A stretch of DNA of 64,000 nt from the NCBI RefSeq assembly GCF_900539505.1, contig NZ_UQCL01000002.1. One strand, given 5' to 3'. A program made the position numbers and the translations under genes. Positions 39,971 to 49,221 of the stretch are shown here, in pieces. The notes beneath the pieces are model-generated. The model had not been told where the DNA came from. It made no database searches and saw only the letters and a list, made by a program, of their open reading frames with translations. This stretch comes from an uncultured Campylobacter sp. GTDB taxonomy: Bacteria > Campylobacterota > Campylobacteria > Campylobacterales > Campylobacteraceae. The first letter of the stretch is position 1; each line of letters opens with the position of its first letter.

Positions 39971-41311
39971 ATGGATTATGATATCATCGTAATAGGCTTT
40001 GGCAAAGCAGGCAAAACCCTTGCCGCAAAATCCGCCGCACTGGGCAAAAAGGTCGCTCTCATCGAGCGCTCGCCGCAGATGTACGGCGGCACCTGCATCA
40101 ACGTAGGCTGCATCCCGACCAAGCGACTGGTTACCGCGAGCAAGGAAGCTGGCTTCGTAAATTTCAGCGTGCTCGGAGAGTATTTCGTGCTGAGCATGCA
40201 GAAAAAGGACGAGCTCGTAGAGGCGCTGAGGGCGAAAAATTTAGCGATGCTAAAAGGTAACCCGAATATCGACATAATCGACGGCGAGGGCTCATTTACG
40301 AGCGCGAATTCCGTGCGCGTGCTAAGTCCCGATGGACAAACGCGTGAAATTTCAGCAGAAACGATCGTCGTAAATACGGGCTCGAGGGAGGTCGAACCGA
40401 GCTTTGAGGTAAACTCGCAGATCGCTTATAGTAGCGAAGAAATTTTAAATTTAAAGATCCTGCCGAAGCATCTAGTAATCATCGGCGGCGGATTTATCGG
40501 GCTTGAGTTTGCCTCGATGTTTGCGGGATTCGGTTCGAAAGTTAGCGTGCTTATGCGATCGAAATTTATGAAAAACGAGGATGAGGACGTGGCTGCTAGC
40601 GTCAAATCCGCTCTAGAGGCCCAAGGCGTGGAGATTATCGAGGGCTGCGAGTTTTTGAGCTTAAAGGGCGGGGAGCTAAAATTTAACCTCGCGGGCGAGA
40701 GCAAGGCGGTCGCGGCGGACGCGTTTTTATACGCCCTTGGGCGTCGCGCGAATACGAATGATCTAAATTTAGCCGCTGCGGGAGTGCAGACGGACGTATA
40801 CGGCAATATCATCACGAATGAGCATCTGCAAAGCTCCGCTGCGAGCATCTACGCGGCAGGCGACGTGCGCGGCGGCGAGATGTTTACCTACACTAGCCTG
40901 GATGATTTTAGGATCATTTTTAGCGCGCTTTTCGGAGACGGTGCGCGCACTACGAAAAATCGCACGCCGCATGCAAGCGTGCTGTTTACCCGCACGCCGC
41001 TAGCTCGCATCGGCCTTAGCGAGAGGCAGGCAAGAGAGAGTGGGCGCGAGATCAAGGTGCTAAAGCTTTCGATGGCGGCGGTGCCGGGCGCCAAGGTCGT
41101 AGCGCACGACGAGGGAATGATGAAAGCAGTCGTGGACGCAGCTAGCGGCGAAATTTTAGGCGCGGCGCTTCACTGCGTAAACGCGCACGAGATCGTTAAT
41201 GAGTTGGCGATCGCCATGGCGCTGGGCGCGAAGGCGGACTTTTTCAAAAACCAAATTTTTACGCATCCTAGCATTAGCGAGGCGCTAAACGATCTTTTCG
41301 GACAGTTTTGA
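39971..41311 (+). CDS. class I FAD-dependent pyridine nucleotide-disulfide oxidoreductase (glutathione reductase / dihydrolipoamide dehydrogenase-like)
   Basis: FAD-binding DIIVIGFGKAGKTLA. Redox-active disulfide GGTCINVGCIPTK. Second Rossmann fold LVIIGGGFIGLEFASMF. C-terminal dimerisation domain with THPSISE. Confidence 0.75.
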   Translation: MDYDIIVIGFGKAGKTLAAKSAALGKKVALIERSPQMYGGTCINVGCIPTKRLVTASKEAGFVNFSVLGEYFVLSMQKKDELVEALRAKNLAMLKGNPNIDIIDGEGSFTSANSVRVLSPDGQTREISAETIVVNTGSREVEPSFEVNSQIAYSSEEILNLKILPKHLVIIGGGFIGLEFASMFAGFGSKVSVLMRSKFMKNEDEDVAASVKSALEAQGVEIIEGCEFLSLKGGELKFNLAGESKAVAADAFLYALGRRANTNDLNLAAAGVQTDVYGNIITNEHLQSSAASIYAAGDVRGGEMFTYTSLDDFRIIFSALFGDGARTTKNRTPHASVLFTRTPLARIGLSERQARESGREIKVLKLSMAAVPGAKVVAHDEGMMKAVVDAASGEILGAALHCVNAHEIVNELAIAMALGAKADFFKNQIFTHPSISEALNDLFGQF

Positions 41312-41515
41312 GCTTTTAAACCTTTTTGCGTTTAAAGCTTTGATAGCAAGTGGTGCTCGGGGTTGGCGATGCCCGGGCGCCCTAGCGCAAATCGATCGTG
41401 AAATTTAATGCGCCGGAGCGGGTTAAATTTAGACTGGGTTAAATAATGTGAGCCCTTATCGTCCGCTTCTTTCTTGGCTACCAAAAGTTAGCTATAAAAG
41501 AAATGATTGAAATAG

Positions 41516-42073
41516 TTAATTGATAAAATATTCTCGTTTAGGAATAGCAAGATCGCAATCTATTCGGCACTCGGTAAGAGTATGCGGATAAAATTTCTTC
41601 TCGCAGTTTATACAGGCGAAAACGATTTCGTCCGTCGCTTCATTCAACATAACTCTATAATCGCTAGGCGACCATTGCGGGCATTCGCACGCCAAGTCCA
41701 AATCCACGCTAACTACCAAGCTGTCAAATACAATCGAGTTTAATTCCTCGTAGACTAGTCTTAAGCTCTTTTGATCTTTCAGCGCTCTAATTTTATTTAT
41801 CAAGCGGTATTTGTCCGATTTGATAATCTTTGCGCCAAAGAGATCCTTCGCTTTTCCGTCGCCGTAAATCGATAGCTCGGTCGGATAATATTTAAAATTT
41901 AACTTTAACAGCTCGTCCAAGCCGCAGCCGTCGTATTCTTTCATAAGAAATAAAATTTTATTTTCCATAAACCAAGCCGCTATGCTATAGCATACTTGCT
42001 CGGGATTAAAAGGATGTAGATTTAAAATTCTATTTTCTAACGATAAACACAAATTTCTAATTTTGGGCTGCAT
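41516..42073 (-). CDS. hypothetical protein with a Cys-cluster C-terminus
   Basis: 185 aa, low GC. Motif CECPQW…CINCEKKF…TEC…C. No family recognised. Confidence 0.4.
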   Translation of the reverse strand: MQPKIRNLCLSLENRILNLHPFNPEQVCYSIAAWFMENKILFLMKEYDGCGLDELLKLNFKYYPTELSIYGDGKAKDLFGAKIIKSDKYRLINKIRALKDQKSLRLVYEELNSIVFDSLVVSVDLDLACECPQWSPSDYRVMLNEATDEIVFACINCEKKFYPHTLTECRIDCDLAIPKREYFIN

Positions 42074-42180
42074 TATTTCATCCTTTATTTCTACCTATAT
42101 CGACGATCTCGACAAAATTTTAGCCATCTTTTCTTTATACTTAATTTTATATTTATAATTTCACAAATTTAATACCTTTA

Positions 42181-42546
42181 TTAATCCCCAAAGATTAAAT
42201 AGGCTAAATTTCTACTCAAATTTCCATACGCAACTATCCAATATTCTCGTATGATGTTTTTTATTTGCAAGTTATCGTCCAGAAAGTCTGCAAATATTTT
42301 AACCCTATCTTTGTCTACTGTGCCTAGCTCTTCATCCTCTTTCTCAAACGAAGCGACAATTAAATGCGACAGAGCAATCTTGTCTTGGAAATTTAATGTC
42401 TTGTCTTCTAGTAAATTTAGCATTGACGTAATTTTACCGATATCTGCTAATTCTAGCTCCCAATCTTGCTCATTTCCCGTCGAATCTAATCCCAAAAGCT
42501 TATTTAATTTTATCGCGCTTTCTTTTCTTACGAAATAATCGGTCAT
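42181..42546 (-). CDS. hypothetical small acidic protein
   Basis: Start taken at MTDYF (RBS AAAGGATAATAAA). The listed ORF extends to 42630 and then overlaps its neighbour. Acidic, Trp-containing (EYWIVAYGN). Confidence 0.35.
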   Translation of the reverse strand: MTDYFVRKESAIKLNKLLGLDSTGNEQDWELELADIGKITSMLNLLEDKTLNFQDKIALSHLIVASFEKEDEELGTVDKDRVKIFADFLDDNLQIKNIIREYWIVAYGNLSRNLAYLIFGD

Positions 42547-42581
42547 TTTATTATCCTTTATATATGTTTTAACCGCGATAC

Positions 42582-43064
42582 TCAGCCGACCGCGCCATCT
42601 AGCAGCTTTTTGGAATTTTGCAAAACCCATACGAAATTTTCGAGCTCTACGCAGTCTTTTAATTCAAATCCAAAATTTAACAAACCTACCGATAGGGCGT
42701 CGCCATCTTTTATGACATGCGCTATTAGATTGCCTTTATGTTCTATACTCACTTTATTCTCATATCTTGTAAATTTAAAGATATTTTTCGAGCATCTTCC
42801 GTTTCTTTTTGAAAATTTCTCAAACTGCTCCGCAAAATTCGGTCTTTGATTCCCATCTTTTAGCCATAATCCCCCAGCATATAGCGCCCATATAAGCTCG
42901 TAAAAATTGATATTATGCCGAGTCTCGGCAGCAGCAACTAAAAGCTTATTTGTTTCATGGTTGATCTGTATTAAAGGCTCTCTGTCCATATGCCAAATCT
43001 CGGCTACTACTTTTTCTCTATCCGGCACGGAGGCAATTAAAAATTCAAATTCATTTTCTATCAT
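42582..43064 (-). CDS. hypothetical protein
   Basis: 160 aa, low GC, no motif recognised. A 37-codon ORF (about 43095–43208) lies immediately upstream. Confidence 0.4.
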   Translation of the reverse strand: MIENEFEFLIASVPDREKVVAEIWHMDREPLIQINHETNKLLVAAAETRHNINFYELIWALYAGGLWLKDGNQRPNFAEQFEKFSKRNGRCSKNIFKFTRYENKVSIEHKGNLIAHVIKDGDALSVGLLNFGFELKDCVELENFVWVLQNSKKLLDGAVG

Positions 43065-43242
43065 ATCAAAATCCTATTTTTTGTTTTTTACTGCCTAATT
43101 TAATTTGAATGCTCTATCGTTCGAGCCTAAATCATATTTACCCCATTCTTTTATGACATCTTGAGCTATACTTTTTACGCGGAATTCCTGCCCTACTAAA
43201 ATAAGCATCTATTTTCTCCATAATTCTATTAAATCATCATAT

Positions 43243-43476
43243 CTAAATCAAATTTCTATCCATATCAAATATTTTGGGATAGTTTTTATAGTTTATTTCG
43301 ATATAATCGCCCTTTTTAAATTTTTCAGCTTGCGTCGATAAAACCTCTAAAACTATAAATTCAAATCCAAAAAATAGCTCATCCCACCCCTCTTCTCCTT
43401 CTTCAAGATCTGGATCGCAGCATCCTTCAAAATCGTCATAAAATCTGACTTTGTATATTATTTTCATCAAACTCAA
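43243..43476 (-). CDS. hypothetical small acidic protein
   Basis: 77 aa, acidic (DPDLEEGEEGWDELFF). Confidence 0.3.
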   Translation of the reverse strand: MSLMKIIYKVRFYDDFEGCCDPDLEEGEEGWDELFFGFEFIVLEVLSTQAEKFKKGDYIEINYKNYPKIFDMDRNLI

Positions 43477-43813
43477 TGATAAACTCTCTTTTGTTTAGTT
43501 CATATATATTTCTCGCCAAATTTTTCATAATATCGCGTTCGTTGTCCGAAAATCTTAACAAAAAATTCTCGTAAATTTCTCTTCCGCTTAGCATTGTGCT
43601 CCTTTTTGCAGTTTAGCAAAGATTTGTCCGCTTGAGCCTTTTAATCGGCTTCTTGGCTATTGTATTTCGCACTCTCGATCTTTGCAAGCGTTAATTTCGC
43701 TAAAGGATTGATAAACTTAGCGATACAATATTTATTATCGCATGTAATCACGCTTTGGCGCTCATCTACTTTCATTGCGTTGGAGCAATTCGGGCACATT
43801 ACATAGCCTTCGC

Positions 43814-44122
43814 CTAAATCAACGCCAATCGGAAAATTTCTTCTGCCTTTTGCCTTATCTCGCCTTCTTTAAAAAATACGTTAGGAGCCTTTTTAAAATC
43901 TTCATCAAACTCAGAAAATCTACTCGTCATCATATCCAATTCTTTTAATGCCTGCTCTTCCGCTTTATTGGTTGAGCAATATTGCGATTCCAAATCATAC
44001 ATCTTATAAAATTCATCGCAAAACAGCTCTATATCGCACCAATCGGATAGAAGTCCAGCTATTAAATAATACAACTCTTCATTTTGCTGCATATTTCGCC
44101 TCATTTTAAATTTTATCGCCAT
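43814..44122 (-). CDS. hypothetical small acidic protein
   Basis: 102 aa. Overlaps the upstream gene by 17 bp, so the two are probably co-translated. Acidic, Cys-containing (SDWCDIELFCDEFY). Confidence 0.4.
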   Translation of the reverse strand: MAIKFKMRRNMQQNEELYYLIAGLLSDWCDIELFCDEFYKMYDLESQYCSTNKAEEQALKELDMMTSRFSEFDEDFKKAPNVFFKEGEIRQKAEEIFRLALI

Positions 44123-44945
44123 TTTTATTATTTACGTCTTTTAGAATTGCATGCAATAGCTCGTTTTCGGTTGCATTTTTCTCATCTAATATTGATACGC
44201 CCATAGTTGTTGGAGTAATCTTGGATAAAAATAGATTTACAAGCTCTGTTTTTTCATCGATTCCGTATGACAATGTAACGATATCCAATAAATCGTGCCG
44301 CTCTATAAAACTATCAAAGATATCTTCTAATCGCGACGCTTTCTCTGCGTAGAAGAATATCCACTTTACGCCTATAAGAAAATCCGTTGTGATATTACTA
44401 AAGATATCTATCTTATCCATAAAGTGCGATCCGATAAGCAAATATATATCCGAGCCGTTTTTGGACAAAGAGCCAAGCTCGTAAATAGAACCGATATTTT
44501 TGTAATTTATCATTTTATTTCTCGCTCCCTTGTTTTTTATCATCTTTAGCCACTCTTTTTCAAATTTAAAATATCTTTCAAGCTTTTTATTCTTTTCCGC
44601 TTGATTCCACTTTTCTATCTCGGCATAATCTTGCAGCTCGCCTCCGAACTTAGGGCAAACACTCCTATCTTTAACGTCCGAGAAATTATAAAATTTAAAA
44701 CACCCTTTGCAGTGCATAAATTTAGGATAATATTTTATGCTTTTTTCGGAGCGAAATGCGAGATATAAAAAGAAAGCGCACGCCGCAAAGCATAAAATTC
44801 CTATGATGATACGCAGATGCACGCTTTCAAATTTTACCGATGCCATAAAATAGGGTTTTATATCAACTCTCCCCAATAGGGCGGCCGCCAGTCCCCATGC
44901 GAAAAAAGCAAAAAAGCCGATTAATGCAAAAATTCTATTTAGCAT
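44106..44945 (-). CDS. membrane-anchored zinc-ribbon protein with an unknown ~170-aa cytoplasmic domain
   Basis: Two N-terminal TM helices, then AFRSEKSIKYYPKFMHCKGCFKFYNFSDVKDRSVCPKFGGEL (CxxC…CPxxG). The rest has no recognised motif. Confidence 0.45.
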   Translation of the reverse strand: MLNRIFALIGFFAFFAWGLAAALLGRVDIKPYFMASVKFESVHLRIIIGILCFAACAFFLYLAFRSEKSIKYYPKFMHCKGCFKFYNFSDVKDRSVCPKFGGELQDYAEIEKWNQAEKNKKLERYFKFEKEWLKMIKNKGARNKMINYKNIGSIYELGSLSKNGSDIYLLIGSHFMDKIDIFSNITTDFLIGVKWIFFYAEKASRLEDIFDSFIERHDLLDIVTLSYGIDEKTELVNLFLSKITPTTMGVSILDEKNATENELLHAILKDVNNKNGDKI

Positions 44946-44974
44946 TTTTATATTCCTCTATAACAAATCAAATT

Positions 44975-45247
44975 TCATCGCTTTTTAAATTTACGCTTTT
45001 TGGGCTTTGGGGGTTTAACGCCTTGATGAGGAGCGTTTCTTCGCCAGTAGTCGCCGTCATTATACTCCGTAAGCTTTTTGCCGCAGTCCGGGCAAATTTG
45101 ATCCGTATCTTTGACGTCCTCGTATCGGTAAAATTTGCCGCAGTCTGCACACCACATATACTCCGGGTATCTTTTTATGCTCTTTTCAGAGCGGAAGGCG
45201 AAATAAAAGCCGTAAATACCTATTACTATAAACGCGATTGCGGGCAA
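44975..45247 (-). CDS. truncated paralogue of the TM–zinc-ribbon module, with a basic tail (TTG start)
   Basis: AFRSEKSIKRYPEYMWCADCGKFYRYEDVKDTDQICPDCGKKL matches the N-terminal module of 44106..44945. Ends KPPKPKKRKFKKR. Confidence 0.35.
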   Translation of the reverse strand: MPAIAFIVIGIYGFYFAFRSEKSIKRYPEYMWCADCGKFYRYEDVKDTDQICPDCGKKLTEYNDGDYWRRNAPHQGVKPPKPKKRKFKKR

Positions 45248-45484
45248 TATCCATAAACTACCCGCATCATCAAATTTAATATATTTCTCGCCTATTTTTA
45301 CATGTTTATGTACCGTAAAATAAGAAGCACATTGTGCCTGTCAAAAAAGCGGCAATTCTATCTAGCATTTTGCTGCTCCTTTTCGTTATGATCTGCTTCA
45401 TTCATAGCGTTTTGTGCCATACCGTCTGATCCTTAAATTTGGGCTTTATGAGATAAATTTTTATTTTTGATAGTTCGAAATTTC

Positions 45485-46003
45485 TCATATAACAAACCTG
45501 CAATATTGTAAAATCAACGTATAATCTTCGCTATAAAATTTTACCCTATTTTTTCTATTGTAGATACTCATGCTTAGCAGATATTTGGCGAAATTTATAT
45601 AATCCTCCGTATTAGGAAAATAAAATGTAACGCTTTGGTAGAATGTTTTAAAATCCAGCTCAAATTTATACCTGCCCATATCGTCCGCTATGCAGCACTC
45701 CGCTTCGTCTATTTTGATAAATTCCTTTATATCTATACATAATTGAGCGCTATTTTTTGCAAATCGCGCTCCTCCCACCCAATATTCATAAGGGAAAAGC
45801 TCTAGGTATGAGACCCTTTCATTATACGATGATGTTAAAATGTTTTTTGCGAAATAATACATAGCCAAATTCGTAGTAAAACCTAAGACCACAAGCTTTT
45901 TGTCTTCTAGAATTTTAATATCTAATTTATGATACTCATGCCCCATAAGCTCCTCATCGATAGTTAGAGGATCGTCTTTTATATAAATTTTATTCGGTAG
46001 CAC
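45485..46003 (-). CDS. hypothetical protein (GTG start with strong RBS)
   Basis: AAAAGGAGAATAAATCA-GTG. 172 aa, aromatic-rich, no family recognised. A 30-codon ORF at about 46034–46126 is ATGA-coupled to the upstream 86-aa ORF. Confidence 0.4.
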   Translation of the reverse strand: MLPNKIYIKDDPLTIDEELMGHEYHKLDIKILEDKKLVVLGFTTNLAMYYFAKNILTSSYNERVSYLELFPYEYWVGGARFAKNSAQLCIDIKEFIKIDEAECCIADDMGRYKFELDFKTFYQSVTFYFPNTEDYINFAKYLLSMSIYNRKNRVKFYSEDYTLILQYCRFVI

Positions 46004-46122
46004 TGATTTATTCTCCTTTTGCGCACTACGCCGCTATTCATCGAGCGCCATTAAATATGATCCAAATCCCTTTGATTGCGGAGTATAATAACTTCTTCCA
46101 TCTACATTGAAGCTATTTGTGT

Positions 46123-46383
46123 TCATATTTTCTCCAATATAAGTTCCGTCGAGCCCTCTTCAAGCGAATTATACTCATCCAGATGTATATGCGAATGTTT
46201 CGGCGCGGAATCTTGCGCTAAAGTAAGCAAATGCCTGGCAAGAGATATAAGCCCGCTTTTATTTGCCCTTATAGTAACTTCGTTTCCTAGAGTATTGACG
46301 GAGATCGCGAAGTCCTTTTCCCATTGTAGCTGCAGTCCCTTTTCTGCGCAATAGTCTAAGGTTTTTATAACATACTGCCCCAT
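46123..46383 (-). CDS. hypothetical small protein
   Basis: 86 aa. First ORF after the tRNA on the island strand. Confidence 0.3.
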   Translation of the reverse strand: MGQYVIKTLDYCAEKGLQLQWEKDFAISVNTLGNEVTIRANKSGLISLARHLLTLAQDSAPKHSHIHLDEYNSLEEGSTELILEKI

Positions 46384-46572
46384 ATATCGCCGATACTCCT
46401 TTCTAAATTTAATCGGTTGCCGATAGAATTTACCTCATCGATCGGCTAATCGATCTCGTAGTATTTTGGAAAAATTATATCTAAAATAAAAATGAAAGAG
46501 GTCGGAATAACTAAATTTAAGATAAGTGTTGTGCGCAAAAATGAAGTGATTGAAACTTAAAAATAGATTAAG

Positions 46573-46648
46573 TGGTGGTCCCGATTGGACTCGAACCAAC
46601 GACTTCCACCATGTCAAGGTGACACTCTACCAACTGAGTTACGGGGCC
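46573..46648 (-). tRNA. tRNA-Val (anticodon GAC), CCA encoded
   Basis: Reverse complement is GGCCCCGTAACTCAGTTGGTAGAGTGTCACCTTGACATGGTGGAAGTCGTTGGTTCGAGTCCAATCGGGACCACCA. D, anticodon and T arms all pair. T-loop TTCGAGT. Anticodon loop TTGACAT. One C·A mismatch in the acceptor stem. Confidence 0.85.
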
Positions 46649-46974
46649 AAAAAGAAACGGCAGTATATCAAAAAAATCTCTCAATAGCAAGCAAATTTTA
46701 ATTTTTCGTAAAATTCCGCCGAAATTTTATACAAGACTCCGCCGCGACGTAAAACGCCGTCGAATTCTACGCGAAATTTCACGATATTGCCGAAACCCCG
46801 CACAAAATTCTATCCCGCAACTAAATTTCGCAATCCCGCATGAAATTTTATCGCGCTTACGCGGTGCTCGCGTGCTTTGCCCCAGCAGCCTATTCTGCCC
46901 CGCTTTGTTTTATCTAGTCGTTTTGCTTCACCCCGCCCCGTTTCATCTGCTTGCCTCGCTCCGCCTTGTGCCCG

Positions 46975-47949
46975 TTAAGACGTCCAAATTTTCTCATTCA
47001 GCTTTAGAATTTTTACGATTTGCAGCATCGCGTCTAGATCCGCCTTGATATCCTTTGCGATGCGGGCATTGAGTATCGGCTGATCCAAGCTCGGCTCGAA
47101 ACTATCGGCGCCGCGAGATATCGCGATATAAATTTTATTTTGCTTAAAGCTCAGCGATATATCCGATTTTACGAGCTGTTTAAGAGATAAAATTTTCTCC
47201 ATCAGCGCGGGCGTCAGGACATACATAACCGCCACCGTATCGCTTGCGTAAACCGAGAAATTTGCATTGAAATCCGCATTATCTATCGGGATTTTGCGGT
47301 CGCTCCATAGCCCGCGTGGCAGCCCCGAAGGCGGCAAATCTATGCCTGCGGGTGCTGCCGCGTCCGAGAAAACAAAAACATCGGAGTGGATTTTTTTATT
47401 AAAATTTGCCATGAAAAAGGGTCCTTCGAAAAATGTGGCGTAATTATTTTTAAAAATAAATGAAATTCCCGTACCGATTTCTTTTTCCAGCCTTATATCG
47501 CAAAACATAAAATCTACTCCGCCTGCGTTCGCGCAAACCAGATCATCCGCGCGAAATCTATCAAATCCGTCAAATATCTCGCTTTGCCTTACCTCTTTTT
47601 CCTGAAAAAGCGCGCCCATTTTATACGAAAAGCCCAGACTCTCGATATAAGGCTTGAGATAAAGCTCTTTGTAGCGCATCAAAAACCGCTCGGTTTTGCG
47701 CTCAAAAATCCACTCGTAAAATTCGTCCCTCGTACTGATTATTGCTAAAATAGACATGACCAAAAAAGATAAGCTTTCTATACCAAGATCGAGTTTGGGA
47801 AAATCAAGAAAGATGATTATCAATGCGAGCGCAAGCATCGGACCGAAAACCGCAAACGCTACGAGATAACTTAAAATTTTCCAAAGCTTGCGACTTTTCT
47901 TGAGCCGTTTGCGCTGCTTTTCTAAATCTATGACGGTTTTAATATCCAC
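46975..47949 (-). CDS. DUF3137-like membrane protein (second paralogue)
   Basis: Shares N-terminal architecture and C-terminal block with 21372..22466. Start probably the GTG at 47949 (RBS AGAGG); the listed start is a TTG at 47955. Confidence 0.4.
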   Translation of the reverse strand: MDIKTVIDLEKQRKRLKKSRKLWKILSYLVAFAVFGPMLALALIIIFLDFPKLDLGIESLSFLVMSILAIISTRDEFYEWIFERKTERFLMRYKELYLKPYIESLGFSYKMGALFQEKEVRQSEIFDGFDRFRADDLVCANAGGVDFMFCDIRLEKEIGTGISFIFKNNYATFFEGPFFMANFNKKIHSDVFVFSDAAAPAGIDLPPSGLPRGLWSDRKIPIDNADFNANFSVYASDTVAVMYVLTPALMEKILSLKQLVKSDISLSFKQNKIYIAISRGADSFEPSLDQPILNARIAKDIKADLDAMLQIVKILKLNEKIWTS

Positions 47950-48135
47950 GCCCAACCTCTATTTATTAAATTTAATGGCGCGAACTCGCGGCGCAACATA
48001 AATTTACGCCAGATACGGCGTAATAGGCGCACGTTGTTTAGAGCCGCTAAATTTTATGGCTACTTGCGCGAGCCGCGCGCAGTGAAATTTGCCGCCAAGC
48101 TCAAATTGCAGCATAAATTCCGTGATTAAAAAAAC

Positions 48136-49221
48136 TTATTTCAGCAGTTCGTTTGCATACGCTCGCACGCTCGCATCTACCGCCGCAAGCGCTTCCGCGT
48201 CCGTTACGCTAGGCGAGTTAAATTTCTCCGCGCACTTCAGCACGACGCGCGCAATGTCGGTGAAGTGGCAGCGCTGTTGCAAAAACGCATTTACGCCCGC
48301 TTCGTTCGCGGCGTTGATGACGACGCCTAGATCGGGGTTTGCTAACAGCGCGTCTTTGAGAGTAAAAATTTGAAATTTCATCTCGTCGATCGGCTTAAAT
48401 TCTATCGGTCGCAGCGCGCACAGATCCACAGGTGCGGTGATCTGCTCCCGTACATCGCCGCCAAACATCGCGTGCGCGATAGCTAGGCGCATATCGGCCC
48501 TGCTAATGTGCGCCGTCGTGGAGCCGTCTACAAATTCGACCAGCGCGTGGATCTGCGAGGTGCGCTCGATGAGCGCATCGATCTCGCGCGTGCCGTAGAG
48601 CCAAAACGCCTCGATCACCTCAAAGAGTTTATTCGCCATCGTGGCGCTGTCGATCGTGATCTTTGCGCCCATCTTCCAGTTGGGGTGCTTTAGGGCGTTT
48701 TGCGGCGTGAGCGAGCCCAGCTGCGTTAGCGGAACGTCGTAAAATGCGCCGCCGCTAGCCGTGATGATTAGGCGCGAAACAGGGATTTTGGCATTGCTAA
48801 GTAAAAATTTCAGTCCGAAATGCTCGCTGTCGATCGGGTAAATTTTATCCGTTTGCAGAAATTTCCCGCCGACGACGAGGCTTTCTTTGTTAGCTAGACA
48901 GAGCCTTTTTCCGAGCTCTTGGGTTTTTAGGCTAGGCATCATGCCCGCAAAGCCTACGAGAGCGTTTACCACGGTCGTGCTTTTGCACTCTGCAAGCATC
49001 TGTAAAATTCCATCTGCGCCGCAAAATACGCGCTCGTGATCTACCTCGCTTTTCTGCTCCGCATCCGCGATGCAGACGAGACGAGGATGAAATTTTGCGA
49101 TCTGTTCGTTTAAAAGCTTGATATTGCGCCCGCAGCTAAGCGCTTCGATCATACTGCCGCTGCGCGCGGCTACGTCTAGGGTGTTTGTGCCGATAGAGCC
49201 AGTGGAGCCTAAAACTACCAT
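48136..49221 (-). CDS. dxr: 1-deoxy-D-xylulose 5-phosphate reductoisomerase
   Basis: N-terminal NADPH motif [16 protein letters not shown]. Full-length DXR pattern (…LANKESLV…, …DSEH…). Confidence 0.9.
   Translation of the reverse strand: MVVLGSTGSIGTNTLDVAARSGSMIEALSCGRNIKLLNEQIAKFHPRLVCIADAEQKSEVDHERVFCGADGILQMLAECKSTTVVNALVGFAGMMPSLKTQELGKRLCLANKESLVVGGKFLQTDKIYPIDSEHFGLKFLLSNAKIPVSRLIITASGGAFYDVPLTQLGSLTPQNALKHPNWKMGAKITIDSATMANKLFEVIEAFWLYGTREIDALIERTSQIHALVEFVDGSTTAHISRADMRLAIAHAMFGGDVREQITAPVDLCALRPIEFKPIDEMKFQIFTLKDALLANPDLGVVINAANEAGVNAFLQQRCHFTDIARVVLKCAEKFNSPSVTDAEALAAVDASVRAYANELLK

Larger units (their letters stand above)
41348..46572 (-). mobile_element. low-GC genomic island abutting the 3' end of tRNA-Val; no integrase or transposase detected
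   Basis: There is an abrupt drop in GC between the oxidoreductase stop (41311) and the tRNA (46573). All ORFs run on the minus strand. A degenerate copy of the tRNA 3' end (AAGTGGTGcTCggGgTTGG versus AAGTGGTGgTCccGaTTGG) sits at about 41348–41370. Confidence 0.4.

Noticed and set aside
41348-46572. Prophage or ICE annotation for the island
   Set aside because: No integrase, recombinase, capsid, terminase or conjugation gene could be recognised. Only a genomic island of unknown cargo can be supported.
46573-46648. Whether the tRNA is a pseudo-tRNA because of a C·A mismatch at acceptor pair 3–70
   Set aside because: All other arms pair perfectly, the T-loop is canonical and CCA is present. 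A single acceptor mismatch is tolerated, so it was kept as tRNA-Val(GAC).
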